A stretch of DNA of 64,000 bases from Kudoa neothunni (Eukaryota; Animalia; Cnidaria), in NCBI GenBank assembly GCA_964304625.1, contig OZ199839.1:7342407-7406406 (forward strand), given 5' to 3'. Below, in pieces: positions 1-12,903 of this stretch; positions within the stretch are counted from its first letter, which is position 1, and each line of letters starts with the position of its first letter. A model generated the notes under the pieces. It did no database searches, was not told the DNA's origin, and saw only the letters and a program-made list of their open reading frames with translations. A program made the position numbers and the translations under genes.

Positions 1-694
1 AAAAGAATAGCGGAAATTTCCCAGCGTTTCTTGGGGAAGATTTTGCCTAGATACGTTTTTAATAGCATTCGAAAAATATATTGAAATTTCGAATTAACCC
101 TAGAAATAATATAATTAATAAGTTTTAAGCAATATACTTTAACGATTTGGATTACGAAATTTAAATTATGATCATTTCTTTGAAGGAGTGTTCCAATCCC
201 GGCGTTCATTTAAAAATTCCGTGGTTCGGCACCAACGCTAAATACGTTAAGGTCATCGTGGAATTTTTTTCATTCTCGAATTATTTAAATCCCGATAAAG
301 TGTCATCTAAAATGTTATTTTTTGGCCCGGAGGATTGTTAAAAGGCGAATTCTGCCCGGCTCGGGAACTATATGCACCACTAACTTTTTAAGAGAAAAAA
401 GTAGAAAATGTAATAGAGATCGAAGAAGCCGTATGAAAATTAGTTGATAGTGCCAAAATTAGCATCGCTTGGCCCGGCAAGAATTTAACGCACTTTTTCC
501 CATAAACAGCCACAAATCGCGTAAACTCCAACATAAACAATTTAAATAATTGGATGAAATAAAAGTACGACCATCCGCATTGAATTTAATCACGGAACGT
601 TAAACTGGCTAAATTACAGTATATGTGTACCAACTTCGAGATCAGATGAAAACGCTCGGTACAAATAGGCAATGCATTTAATTAGTATATAATA

Positions 695-1677
695 TCAATA
701 AATATCTACAAAGTGTGCTTCATTCTCGTTTATAATACTTCCTTCGAAATAGGTAGTCTGATATATACTCAGGCACGGTTTCTGTTTTTTTTGTGGCTTT
801 TTTGTATTTACGTTTAAAAGTGCCCCAAATAAACTCAATCCGGTCGGTGTGAACTCCTTCACTTGAAACAAACTGTCATTTATGGATAACTCTTCCATGA
901 ACGAAACCTAGACTCTCTAACCTATTGTATCCAGCCCAACCGTCAGTCCATATTGTAGAACCTTCTTCTACGTTATCAACTATTATGTTCTCAAGAACAT
1001 TCTGATTTCTGTAGCGGGATATTTTTAAAAAACAATCACCATTTTTGTCTATTCCCCAATTAACCAGAACTGTTGGTTCTTTAAAATTCTCCCCATGTTG
1101 TACTTTCTTTTGGAGACAGCAGTCTCATCAATTTGAACTACAACGTTCTCGCCTCCAATTTTAGTGCACTCTCCATCCAACTTCAAATCACATTTTCCCA
1201 TTCTGCTATGGTAGAAAAGGATGTGATATCGACATGATGTTGTATTTCTTCATAGGTGGCGCTGGGACTTTGGATAGTATAGAGGAGAAAGACCAAATAT
1301 TTCCACAATGGAAGCTTTGATCGTTCGAAAATATTGTATTTTCTAATTGAGCATCTTTTTCGGCAAAATTTGCAATAAAACTGATGACTATTACCAATGT
1401 CCTTCCTTGTCACTATTTTCGTCATCGAGCCACAAGAACATTTAAGATAACTCCGCAATAGTCAAAAATTGTTCAGAGTTTCAATTTTATAATTTATATC
1501 ATCTCGGAAATAACCACAATCAAGTATTGTTATGGTATCTATATTTTCCAAAGTGAACATTCTTTTAAAACTCGACGTGGCGCAATTATTTCCCGAGAAT
1601 ATGTGATAGCTCGCTAAGTTTGTGTACATATACTGTAGTATAGCCGAGAAGTTAATGTTCTCCTTGGCGCCAAACAA
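695..1677 (-). pseudogene. Merlin / ISXO2-like (IS1595-family DDE) transposase, disrupted
   Basis: Minus-strand translation gives a Zn ribbon (CSCG...CKFC..RCSIRK), then KIGGENVVVQIDET, FWLIGGID, GSTIWTDGWAGY and HGRVIH, which are typical ISXO2/Merlin motifs. Broken by frameshifts and stops; TIRs not confidently found. Confidence 0.85.
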
Positions 1678-1889
1678 TGTAATTCTCTTACTAATCTACT
1701 AAGAAATCCCCTAAATCCAATTCGCCGCCCGCATAAAACATAAAATGGGCTATATATCAGTTAATAATAATGCAGATGTGTATTAAGTTGATTAAATTCC
1801 CAGATAACAGCGGTTAGATCATGTCTGTTTGGTTTAAGATTTCAGCATATATTCCTGTAAGGAAATAGATTTTTCCCCTCATGCGTACT

Positions 1890-1933
1890 TCCCCTGTTAC
1901 ACACACACGGACACTACTACTTTATATAATAGA
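1890..1933 (-). mobile_element. Helitron 5' end fragment
   Basis: Minus strand reads TCTATTATATAAAGTAGTAGTGTCCGTGTG, matching the 5' end of the element at 10521-11163. No 3' end found. Confidence 0.55.
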
Positions 1934-1934
1934 A

Positions 1935-2632
1935 CTAGCACGAAAACTACGCTTCCCTTCTGCTTCCTTGCTCGATCACGCAAACTGAAACCTTAAGTAG
2001 GCCAAGGTCATTTGATGTTCAAAGTAAATTCAGAGTATTTAGATAAATAATACAAAGATTACCCAATTAACTGATGAGTTATTTAACTCATCGGGCGCAT
2101 GAACCTTATTTAATATTTTTAAAAACGAATAAACACTACTGAGCGTTTGAATTTCCCATATAGAGCTCCTAAAATATCGATTTTATTCTTGTTGTTTGCA
2201 GTAATCTCTAAATCATACCATATGAAAAAGACTAATCTTGTTAAACATCAACAAATGAATTTCATATTAATGCTTGGATATATAATCTAATATTACCTTC
2301 CCTATTTGAACTATGTCAATTACTAATTTAGTTTCCAATAATTTAAAGTAAAATAACCAGTATCGTACATTTAAAATTAACTTTATATAACTTTAACGAA
2401 ATGACCTAATGTTTGCGTAAATCCTGAAATCATACCACTCATATCACGTGAAAATGCTTTTAGTCATTTTGCAAGATGCAAACCTTTAATAATTTTTTTA
2501 CGTATTTTTTTGTGTTAAAATAAAACTTTATCTTTCAATATGTGTGCTCAAATGGAGAGATATTTCTCTCTATAAAGAATGAAAAATGCGTACACACTGA
2601 CACGGATTACCGGTTTGCTTTATATAGATAGA
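1935..2632 (-). mobile_element. Non-autonomous Helitron (~0.7 kb)
   Basis: On the minus strand: 5' TC, 3' CTAG, flanked by A and T, no TSD. Homologous over its length to 55391-56053. Confidence 0.85.
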
Positions 2633-2639
2633 TTAAAAT

Positions 2640-4610
2640 CAGCCGACGAAAAGTCGCCAGCTAACATTTAGAAGAATGATATTATTACAAAAAACGCTAC
2701 TTCACATATAATTGCTTACATAATAAATATCGACATCAGAAGTAAGGAATTTTCTGGTTTCCTGTATCGATATGCAGATTAAAAGTACCTGAATAATATT
2801 GATATTGATTTACTTCGGAGTGACAACCAATTAAAATGAACTTTTTGCTCACTGTATGGAAAAAGAGTCTCTTAATTATGGTATATAATGCTCTAAAAAT
2901 TTTATATATGCCTGTTCGGAGTAAGTTTAAGACAAATAAAACTATTAACGTCACATTTACAAGAGTTTTTGCATTTACCTTAAAATTTGAAACATAAACA
3001 AGTTATTTGGTCGTGTTTTCTCTTTTCAAGCGTTATAGATGTATTTTAAGCAAATAGACTTAAGATCATTTAAATAACACACATAATTCGAGATTAAAGT
3101 TGTTGCCATGTGGGAATAATTTAGGTCTCTATACGCATTCTAAAACGATGTAAAATGTGTGTAGTGTTTTCAAATAATTAAATTTTTGTGATAAGTTCTT
3201 TAATAAAAATAATGCTCCATTGGAATTCCTGAGATGCGAAAATTTCTTTTTATCAAATATATCGATTGAGATTGAAACTATATTCGTCTTTTCGATAAGT
3301 TTTTAACTCATTTTTTGGTTTTCCTAAACTTACTTGCAAATCAGCTGGCATGACTAATTCGATAAGTTTCTATATTTGATGAGATAATTTGTTAAATAAT
3401 GTTTAAGTTCTTATCAACCAAATTAATCCATATCACAGACCTTAAGATAAATATTCAAATCTATATATTGTTTTCTTTAGGCTCGCATTAATTCATTATG
3501 ATATAAAAGCTGCATAAAAATATGCGGCACCGCATTCTATAAGTAGTTTAATAATTTATGTTCACGATTACTTTTACAGAAAAATACAGTCCCTTCTCAA
3601 TATGTGACTTGTAAGTTAATAAGAAATTATTGGTCTATTAGATCTAACCGATATTTTCACAAAGTTTCCTTTAATCTAAGAATGGCTCGATACGAAGAGA
3701 TTTTTTTAGAGCAATCAAACAGTACGTTAATTTTTAAAAGGGTGCATTCCTTCAAGAAAACCAGTTGATATTTAAATATTTTAGCATTACTGTAATTTTT
3801 CAAACCAAAAACACCTTTACACTTTTGATTTAATCATGTTTTGTTAATTAAATAGTGTGTGTATTTTTGAACCAGTAAGTATTCTTGATAAAAAGCAAAG
3901 TTGGATTTATTTATAAATCGGGAAATTTTGTTACAGTAGTGAATACGTAAGTTACCGCTCACAGCTTTTTAAAACATCATTGGCATTATTATAAAATCGC
4001 AAAAAGGAGTAACAATTAATATTTATATTTCGGAGGTATCTTAGGTTGATTTTATTTATTTTATCGTTTGTAGACTAATAATAAATTTTATAACTAGAAG
4101 GATTAATTTTTATCTCAAAATTTTGAAAAGAGCTGAAAGTCCTATTTAAGTTACTTAATGATTTTTTAATAAATAACTGAACTTTAATCGTTATTTAAAT
4201 TGCTCATAAAATTAAGGTCATCATAGTTCTGGTCAATAATTTGTGAAATAAACTTAAAAATACTCATTAATTTCCCTCAATACCTCTATTTATATTTGAA
4301 TATAAAGTGGGGGAATAATTTTGTTTTTTCTATATCATCACATTGCAAAAATAATGAAAAGCTTTAAAATGCATAAATTAAAATAGAAACATAAAATTTA
4401 CAGGGTTTAAAGTGCTGATTAGATTAACTGTTCCGTAAACTTTCTCCATTCAAAAATAAAATTAAAGTTAAAATGTTCCATCACATTGTACCAGGAGAAA
4501 CTGGGCATTAGCGCTATTTACTTAAAAATTAAAAAGGCTTTAGTCTGCGCCAGGTGTTAGCCTATTTGGCTGGGCAAGGAAGCTTTCGCGAAGCAGGGCT
4601 TTGACGCTAA
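2640..4610 (+). mobile_element. Non-autonomous Helitron (~2 kb), 5' end uncertain
   Basis: Homologous to 19695-21646. Ends GGAAGCTTTCGCGAAGCAGGGCTTTGACGCTAA|T, i.e. subterminal hairpin plus CTRR. Confidence 0.8.
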
Positions 4611-5022
4611 TAAGTTTATATTTAAGTGAATTAAAAATGTATACTATCATTGAGTGCTCAAATTCATCATTAATTTTTAATGAAAAGTTAACTTGACAAA
4701 AATTTATCTTTGAGGAAATAAAAAATCACTTTAAACATTGATATAATCAGTTTTTGCAATATCTTAATCATTCTAGGAGATATTCGTTACCGTAAGAATA
4801 GACAATGCCTAAAAATAAGTGAAAACTTACCAAAATTTAATTATTAGACAGCTAATATTTTTTCCACATATTGTGTTTACTCTAATGTGTATTTTGAGTT
4901 AAAATCTAATAATTAATTTTCTTTATAATTTATAATTTTCACATATTTTCGAAAGTTACGATCTACCCGTCATCGACTATCGACTGTACTTGGAAAAAAG
5001 TTATTTTGATTCGTTTTATGGG

Positions 5023-7770
5023 TTAATTAGTATTATTACAATTTTTGTATAATGGTTTCAATAAAATCTCCGAAGCCAAATATTCCCATCTCAAACGAAT
5101 CTGGCCGGCATTTTGCATTAGTTTAAAAATTTGTAATGTTATGGGGGAAAAACGAAATGTTCAACCAAGAATAACCATGAAATATTGAAAATGTTTATAG
5201 GTTCTGTTCGGTGGTTCTTTTTGGTTTTAAGCAATAAAAAATAATAGCACCAAATATAACAATAATCCCAACTTCTACTCCTATAACCAATCCATATTTC
5301 GGTTCCCCTCGGAGATGACTTTTGATGTCGAAGGTTATTTCAATTGTTGTTGTTTCTACAATGGTAGATGGTTCAAGTGTTGTTGTTTCTACAATGGTAG
5401 ATGGTTCAAATGTTGTTGTTTCTACAATGGTAGATGGTTCAAGTGTTGTTGTTACTACAATGGTAGATGGTTCAAGTGTTGTTGTTTCTACAATGGTAGA
5501 TGGTTCAAGTGTTATTGTTACTATATGGTAGATGGTTCAAGTGTTGTTGTTACTACAATGGTAGATGGTTCAATTGTTGTTGTTTCTACAATGGTAGATA
5601 GTTCATTGTTGTTGTTACTACAATGGTAGATGGTTCAAGTGTTGTTGTTACTACAATGGTAGATGGTTCAAGTGTTATTGTTACTATAATGGTAGATGGT
5701 TCAAGTGTTGTTGTTTCTACAATGGTAGATGGTTCAAGTGTTGTTGTTTCTACAATGGTAGATGGTTCAAATGTTGTTGTTTCTACAATGGTAGATGGTT
5801 CAAAGTGTTGTTGTTTCTACAATGGTAGATGGTTCAAGTGTTATTGTTACTATAATGGTAGATGGTTCAAATGTTGTTGTTTCTACAATGGTAGATGGTT
5901 CAAATGTTGTTGTTTCTACAATGGTAGATGGTTCAATTGTTGTTGTTTCTACAATGGTAGATGGTTCAAGTGTTGTTGTTACTACAATGGTAGATGGTTC
6001 AAGTGTTATTGTTACTATAATGGTAGATGGTTCAAGTGTTGTGTTACTACAATGGTAGATGGTTCAATTGTTGTTGTTTCTACAATGGTAGATAGTTCAA
6101 TTGTTGTTGTTACTACAATGGGGTAGATGGTTCAATTGTTGTTGTTACTACAATGGTAGATAGTTCAATTGTTGTTGTTTCTACAATGGTAGATGGTTCA
6201 AGTGTTATTGTTACTATAATGGTAGATAGTTCAATTGTTGTTGTTTCTACAATGGTAGATGGGTTCAATTGTTGTTGTTACTACAATGGTAGATGGTTCA
6301 ATTGTTGTTGTTACTACAATGGTAGATAGTTCAAATGTTGTTGTTTCTACAATGGTAGATGGTTCAAATGTTGTTGTTTCTACAATGGTAGATGGTTCAA
6401 GTGTTGTTGTTACTACAATGGTAGATGGTTTCAATGTTGTTGTTACTACAATGGTAGATGTTCAATTGTTGTTGTTACTACAATGGTAGATGGTTCAATT
6501 GGTTGTTGTTACTACAGTGGTAGATAGTTCAATTGTTGTTGTTACTACAGTGGTAGATAGTTCAATTTGTTGTTGTTTCTACAATGGTAGATGGTTCAAT
6601 GTTGTTGTTACTACAATGGTAGATGGTTCAATTGTTGTTGTTACTACAATGGTAGATAGTTCAATTGTTGTTGTTACTACAATGGTAGATGTTTCAATTT
6701 TCATTGAGATAGTTGAAGTAGGTGCTAACCTATTGTGCAGTAGTTAGATTACTGCAAAAATTATGAAATTTTCTAAATTACCAAATCGGAAGTGAAATGA
6801 GCCCATCAAAAAATCCCACCCTTGGATCAGCAAATATTTTTTTTTTCCGGCTTAAACGTGGTTTCTCACTATTTTTTTAATTTCAAACTCTAATCTAATT
6901 ATAAACTCTATATACGCGCTCATATGAATCTTCTATCGTTTGGAAATCCCAAAATATATACTAACACGTATTCAAAGTACATTATTTCAAGACACATATC
7001 GATTGAAGACTATATTCGATGGAGAAAATTACGAACGTGAAGAAATTATGGAATTTACTTTGGATCTTGTTGGGAGAGGATCGCATTTTTGCCTTCGCAT
7101 ATACGAAAATTCCCTCAGGATTACATGAAAAAATTCGAATTCTCTAATTACTGAAGTGAAAATCTTTAATATAAATAAAGTTGTAAAATTCAAATGCTAT
7201 GTTGGCGTCGAATTTACCAATATATCCATATTAGGATCTGTCAGCATTGGTAAATTCAGATCAGCGAAATTTCCTTTTTTTAAAAGCTCCACATCGAGAC
7301 CATCTTGTTTTATTGCATTTGAGATAAATTTTTTACATTTTTTCTCATTAAAATCTCCTACAAACTTCGTCGGAGTAGTTTTAACGATATTTATAGCACA
7401 TATGGTCGTTTTTTTAGTAGGATCATAGGTCGTTTCTACGCCTGCTGACATACACGGATGGGCGATGGGACCATCGCTTTTTTGTGTCCCTACGTTTTTA
7501 TTTATTATTAAAACAATATCCTTTACGTTACTATTTATCAAAGAATCATACTTGGATAAGTTGGTTGTAGATTAATATTTTGATATGATATGCAGAAGCG
7601 CATCTAAAAGTGTTAGCAAAGACATAATGTTGGTTGTTGTTATATGTAACTCTGTATATGAGTGACTCAGGGTAGTCATTCGGATTTCGAATTTCGGCTC
7701 CGATAAATAGAACGTTTTGTTCGAATATCAGCGTCACTGATTGTTTGATTTCCTTGATGCAATTATACAA
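5023..7770 (-). CDS. Mucin-like type-I membrane protein (Thr-rich 11-aa repeats + TM); frameshifted in assembly, 5' exons uncertain
   Basis: Acceptor ctaactactgcacaatag opens an exon at 6729: LAPTSTISMKIETSTIVVTT, then repeats TTT(I/L/F)E(P/L)STIV(E/V), then ITFDIKSHLRGEPK-YGLVIGVEVGIIVIFGAIIFYCL-KPKKNHR (TM 5228-5296 followed by a basic stop-transfer). Stop at 5023 if unspliced. Upstream minus-strand ORFs 7197-7770 are candidate ectodomain exons. Confidence 0.65.
5339..6699. repeat. 33-bp tandem array, ~41 units
   Basis: Unit GTTGTTGTT(T/A)CTACAATGGTAGAT(G/A)GTTCAA(G/A/T)T, head-to-tail with no spacers and scattered 1-2 bp indels. Confidence 0.97.
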
Positions 7771-9152
7771 GCAAACCTAACAAATGTACTTTTTTTCAAT
7801 ATCAATGTTACAAAGACCTAAAATTAGTAGGTCATCATTCCTTTGGTGTAAGATGTCAACTGTTTCCACACCTTGAATATTCAGAATAATCATTGGCCAA
7901 CTCCTTCCAAGTAGCTTTTATTTCATCAAATTTTTCCTTAAAGTGACTAAAAAATTTATTTCGAATAATAACAAAATTAAATAACAATTATTGAGTTACT
8001 GTTTGCAAAATACTTCTTTACATAATATTTTAAGAAATATCTGACTTTTAGTTACACCTGAAAATATTAGGTTCTGTACTATGTCGTTTAGGAAATTCAA
8101 GAAAGTTATCACCTATGCGCATCGTAATAATATAAAATTGTTGAGAATTAATAATAAGAAAATAATGCAATTTTGAATCGAGGCATGAATAAAAATAAAC
8201 TAAATTGTCGAGATAATGAAAAAGTATTATTAAGACTCAATATATACATATAATAGATTTTTATTTTAATCACAATTATTATTTGTTATGATATTATATA
8301 AAATAACCATAAAATATATCCTCTTCGTATGTAAATATGAGAGGTTGAACTGATGGATCAGGGCTGATTTGTTTTAATGAGTAATATGATCCCATTATTT
8401 TAGTACCATCAAATTCCAAAACGATTCCATACTAAACATGCTATTAAAATTTAGTTTGATTCTTCAGTGTCTTTACTATGTGCCCATTATCACAGAATAT
8501 CTCTTTCCAGCCGATAGCATGGATTATGAGAAACAAATGCGAGAAAACTCCCATGAGCAATATCACCCAATATTTAATGCTGTAAACGTCTACGAATTTT
8601 TGTTATTCTCACGACTAATATTGATTAGGTTTACACTCGTAGAATTGTTATTCATAATACCCTGTTCACAAAATCCATGCAATAGTCTCACATATTTACT
8701 CTAAGTTAACTTGGCCAAGAGATTACAACAAAAATACTTATAATCATGACTTTATTGAATTTATCTCTCAAAAAATATGCATTTTTTAATGTTTGTTGTG
8801 TTCTTATACAAACTACTGATTCGTTAACTATATTTAACTACGAAATAAACAATAAGTATACCAACAAGGATTTGCTATATCCATATTTAATTCTGATTAA
8901 ACAGATATCTCAACAATAATTCAAAAATCCTCGATTTAAATAGTTGTCCAAATTATTATACTAGAAGGAGCTTGATTATCGTCAGAATTGTGCTATTTTT
9001 TAAATAACTTCAAAGTAATTATCAAACATGTGTATATGATTTGTGCGCACCTCTGTGTACGAATGGGTAAACAAATTCATTAATTATTACGCGAATTGAT
9101 TAACTTTTAACGGGACTGGAAATATTTGATCATAGTAGAACATGGTTAATTC

Positions 9153-10327
9153 TAGGGGTTAAGATGGGTTCGGCTTTTGACAAAACCGAAAATCCAAATC
9201 CGATTTTGAACATTTATTTCTTAATTAATATAAATTAGCTTTTATTATTAATTCATAAAGTCTTAAATAAGTAAACGCGTCTTTAAAATAGTAAAAGGGA
9301 CAACAATATTTTTGAATGACGTGTTTTAACAGGGAACGAATTTTGTATTTAGTATTTCAGGAATTGTATCTGGTATTTGGAGCTGTTTTGTTAGTCTTTC
9401 TAATAAAGAGCAAAATGTAATAAATAAGACTTCTACCCACCTACAATTGAGGATTTCTCGTATATTGACGGAACCAATGCAGATATTTTAAAAATTAAAT
9501 TTATCAAATGCTGTTTTAAACTATGCACCATTTGGTCCGATATATTTATGTTTTTAAAATTCGATTCAAACATTTGTATAAAAAATATTTTTCTAGAAAA
9601 GACTGTAAATTTGGAGCTAGGAAGACGCAGTTAATTTCATAGAACTGAATGATCAAATCCATAACTATGAACCTTCCGAATATGAGATAAATTTAGACAA
9701 TTTGATAAATTACGTGCCCAGACCAAACAGAACAAAATATTGTTCGCATTTAGCGAAATTATAAATTTTATTAATCGCGGTGTGGCATCAGATCATTTAG
9801 AAAGGGTTCGTAAAACTCCTTCTAATGTTAGACCCCACACCACGAGTGTTGACTCAGACAGATGTTTTACCTTATACAACCGTGCTATTTCCCCGTTTAG
9901 AACAAAATTGAACTACTCGAAACTTGAAACCATTGTGTTTATTTATGAAAATAGAAATAATTCAATTGGAAATTGAAACATGGAATCAACTATTATGTGT
10001 TTGAAATTATTTTATCGTAAAGATTTATAATCGTTTTTTAAATGCATTAAAAAATAATTTTAAACAATAAAATTAATTAAAACAATTAAAGATGGTATAG
10101 AATTTAATTCAATTGTAAAATAATTCAAAATCTTTTTTTTAAAGCATATTTTAAACAAAGAACGATTAAAATAAGGTTTCAACCAATCACATTTTTACAT
10201 ATTTTTTGGATGAAAAAAAATTGACATTGATAATTGGGAAAATTAGTTACAAAACCAAAAACCGTTTCTGAAATGATCGAAACTGAAATAATGAACCGAA
10301 ACCGAACCGTCTTGTCTTAACCCCTTA
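9153..10327 (+). mobile_element. Degenerate hAT transposon
   Basis: Ends TAGGGGTTAAGA / TCTTAACCCCTTA, with AACCGA subterminal repeats. A relic of the hAT C-terminal dimerisation motif (VRPHTTSVDSDRCF...RTKL) lies in ORF 9740-9976. Confidence 0.7.
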
Positions 10328-10520
10328 CCTTAATACTCCAATGAATTTTGGGATAATAAGTTACCCCAGATTTTTTTTATCCACCAATTGATAAATAAAT
10401 GTTACTTATTAAATATTTCAATTATTAAGTTATCTGACGGATAAATTTGAAATTATACCGTTATTACCTTCTAGAATGTGATCACGTGACGCCACATCTA
10501 TCTCCTATTATATAAAGTAA

Positions 10521-11163
10521 CTAGCGCAAAAACCCCGCTTCGCTTGGGTTTCCTTTCCCGACCACGCTGACTTTGGCCTGGTATGGGCCAAGATCATTTT
10601 ATGTTAAGAGTCAATTATAATTATTTTATCGCTCTTTTGACAGCAGTGTTATTCGATATAATTATTGATATCCCAGTCCTCTTCATTTTCTTATTTATTA
10701 GATTATTTTGATTTAGGAATCATAAGTTCTTGCAACTCGTGTGGCTTGTTAATCTCCGTTTTAAATAACAAATCTTCGCTTACACCGAGTCCCGCCTACC
10801 CATCAACGAACGTTGTAGACCTTGTTAACTTAGTTTAAAGTGTAAAAAGAGTAAAGCTAAAGTTTCAGGTGTATTTAAATAATATCAATTAAAGTTATAT
10901 ACGCATATTATTGAACATTATAGCGAATCACATGATCAAGTAATCTTATAATTGTCAGCACTAATCTCTTTACAAAAAGTTTACATTACAAATTCGCCAC
11001 TTTATAAGAAAGCTGACAACCCCTTTGTATTTTGTTAGTTATTTTGTATTTTTTAAAGTATACTAAGAAACTCAAAAAGTCTAAAAAGTCTCTGTATGTG
11101 GAGAGGATTAGTGCACACGGACACCACTACTTTATATATATATATATATATATAGAAGATAGA
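10521..11163 (-). mobile_element. Non-autonomous Helitron
   Basis: Minus-strand 3' end GGAAACCCAAGCGAAGCGGGGTTTTTGCGCTAG|T; 5' end TC with (TA)n then AAAGTAGTGGTGTCCGTGTG. Confidence 0.8.
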
Positions 11164-12903
11164 TATATTTACAACCATTCTTTATTAAAAATTGATAATA
11201 GAGTAGCTTGAAAAGGATTTTAACTTATAAGTATGAATAGGAGTCAGAACCAAAAAAGTGCCATGTTCGATTGAGTAACCCTATATAAATTGAAGTCTAT
11301 GAATTATGAGTAAAAAAATATACGAAAATGTGTATGATGCATTATAGAAGAATAATGCCAACTATTAATTATACGCTTCCCGAATCGTTTTAATTTTCGC
11401 ATTCTCTACCACTTATGAGGACAACTCCGCATCCTTTCTCAAAAATAAATTTACGACGGATTTATTTTTAGGTGAGAAAAATGCTTCATTGAAATTAAAT
11501 TAAAAAGCAATCTACTTGAATGGGAAAACAGTTGTAAATAAAACATATACAATTGATAATAAAATAAATTTTAGACAATACTCAAGGTAGAAATGAGTTC
11601 ACTTTTTAAATAGATATACACTATCATATTATTATAGGGTTTTCCGAGCTTTAACAACACTGTGTCAAGCATTAACTACACGGTTTAAGGGTTTGTTGCA
11701 TTAACTAATAAAAGAAATAATTTGAACTTTTTTAACAAGTCGAGATTAAAAACAAAATTTTTATACACAACGATAAACGTGATTCAGCCTAAATAAAATA
11801 AACTTTACTAAATTAACACAGCACTAGATGTAACCCAAGATTAATTACAAATTCCGCAGTTTTGATGCGCGTATAAAATAATAATGTCAAATCAGGAGGA
11901 TATAATATATAATCATCTTGAAGATGATAATTTATATTTATTCCATAATAATTTCTCTGTTGAGACATCTGGAAACATATCGAAGCATCTTTCGATAGTG
12001 TATCCGGAACAATCATCAGGGGTGATAATTTTGAACCCATCATCTATCAGATCTAAAAGATCAGGTTCAACCCTTGCTGAACCCCGTATAACATGGTTCT
12101 TCCATTTACTGAACACATTTTCGATCGGGTTCAAAAATGGCGAATATGGAGGCAGATACATCAATGTTAATTGCATAGAGTTCAGCACATCTGTGAGTCC
12201 ACGATAATGATGAATTCTCGTGTTGTCCAATATGAAGCATGGATTATCTATTTCGATCGAATGACAAAAATCTGCTGGCGCAATAAGGTATTGCTTAAAA
12301 TCTTCTCTATTCACTGGTCGCCGGTTAACTTCATAAAAAGACATACCGTATTTACTCATAAAGGCTATAACGGATATGTTCCTTGTTCTAACGCCTCCAA
12401 CAGGAACGTAAGCTGATGTACCAGCAAGGGGACGACCTTTTCTAGTTGGTGTAGATACACTAAACCCAACTTAATCAATAAAAATGAAATTTTTATCTTC
12501 TATTTCAAGAATTTTTGAGTTGAAGTTTTGAGCATACACAAGGCGCTGCCCTAAACTATTCTCACAATTCCTTCGCTCAGGGACAATTGTAACTATTTTT
12601 AACGAATAGTGGAATTGTTTCAAGCATCTGTTAATAGTGCTCGCACTTACGCTTACTTCACATTCGTCAATTAATTTCAGGCGAAGGGCTTTGAGAGTAA
12701 TTGTTGCGTCTTCGTCCACCCAATTTATAATCAACAACTTTTGTTCATCAGTTAGCTTTGTGGAATAATCGCCACCCCGCTTTAAAGATTCGACCTTTCC
12801 GTCAATTAGGTAGACTTTTACAATTGAAGCAACGGTGCATCGATGTACACCGACGTTTTCTGCAATTATAGAGTTGCTATATTTTTTTTCACATTGGTTA
12901 ATA

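Noticed and set aside
695-1677. IS1595/IS630-like transposases as bacterial contamination or recent horizontal transfer
   Set aside because: Merlin and Tc1 are established eukaryotic superfamilies; these copies are decayed and interleaved with spliced animal genes.
5315-6747. Plus-strand ORFs (CCCFYNGRWFK and VVVSTMVDGSS repeats) as real proteins; array as CRISPR
   Set aside because: They are stop-free shadows of a 33-bp unit. Only the minus frame has a splice acceptor and a TM exit. There are no spacers or cas genes, and the context is eukaryotic.
7531-7551. 21-nt GT-AG micro-intron joining ORFs 7546-7770 and 7197-7541
   Set aside because: Splicing it creates an immediate TAA and does not fix the frame; an indel is more likely.
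12471-12473. In-frame TAA at a conserved Glu as evidence of stop-codon reassignment
   Set aside because: It lies in a dead transposon. Host genes end in TAA/TGA, and the 3.4-kb INTS4 exon has no internal stops.
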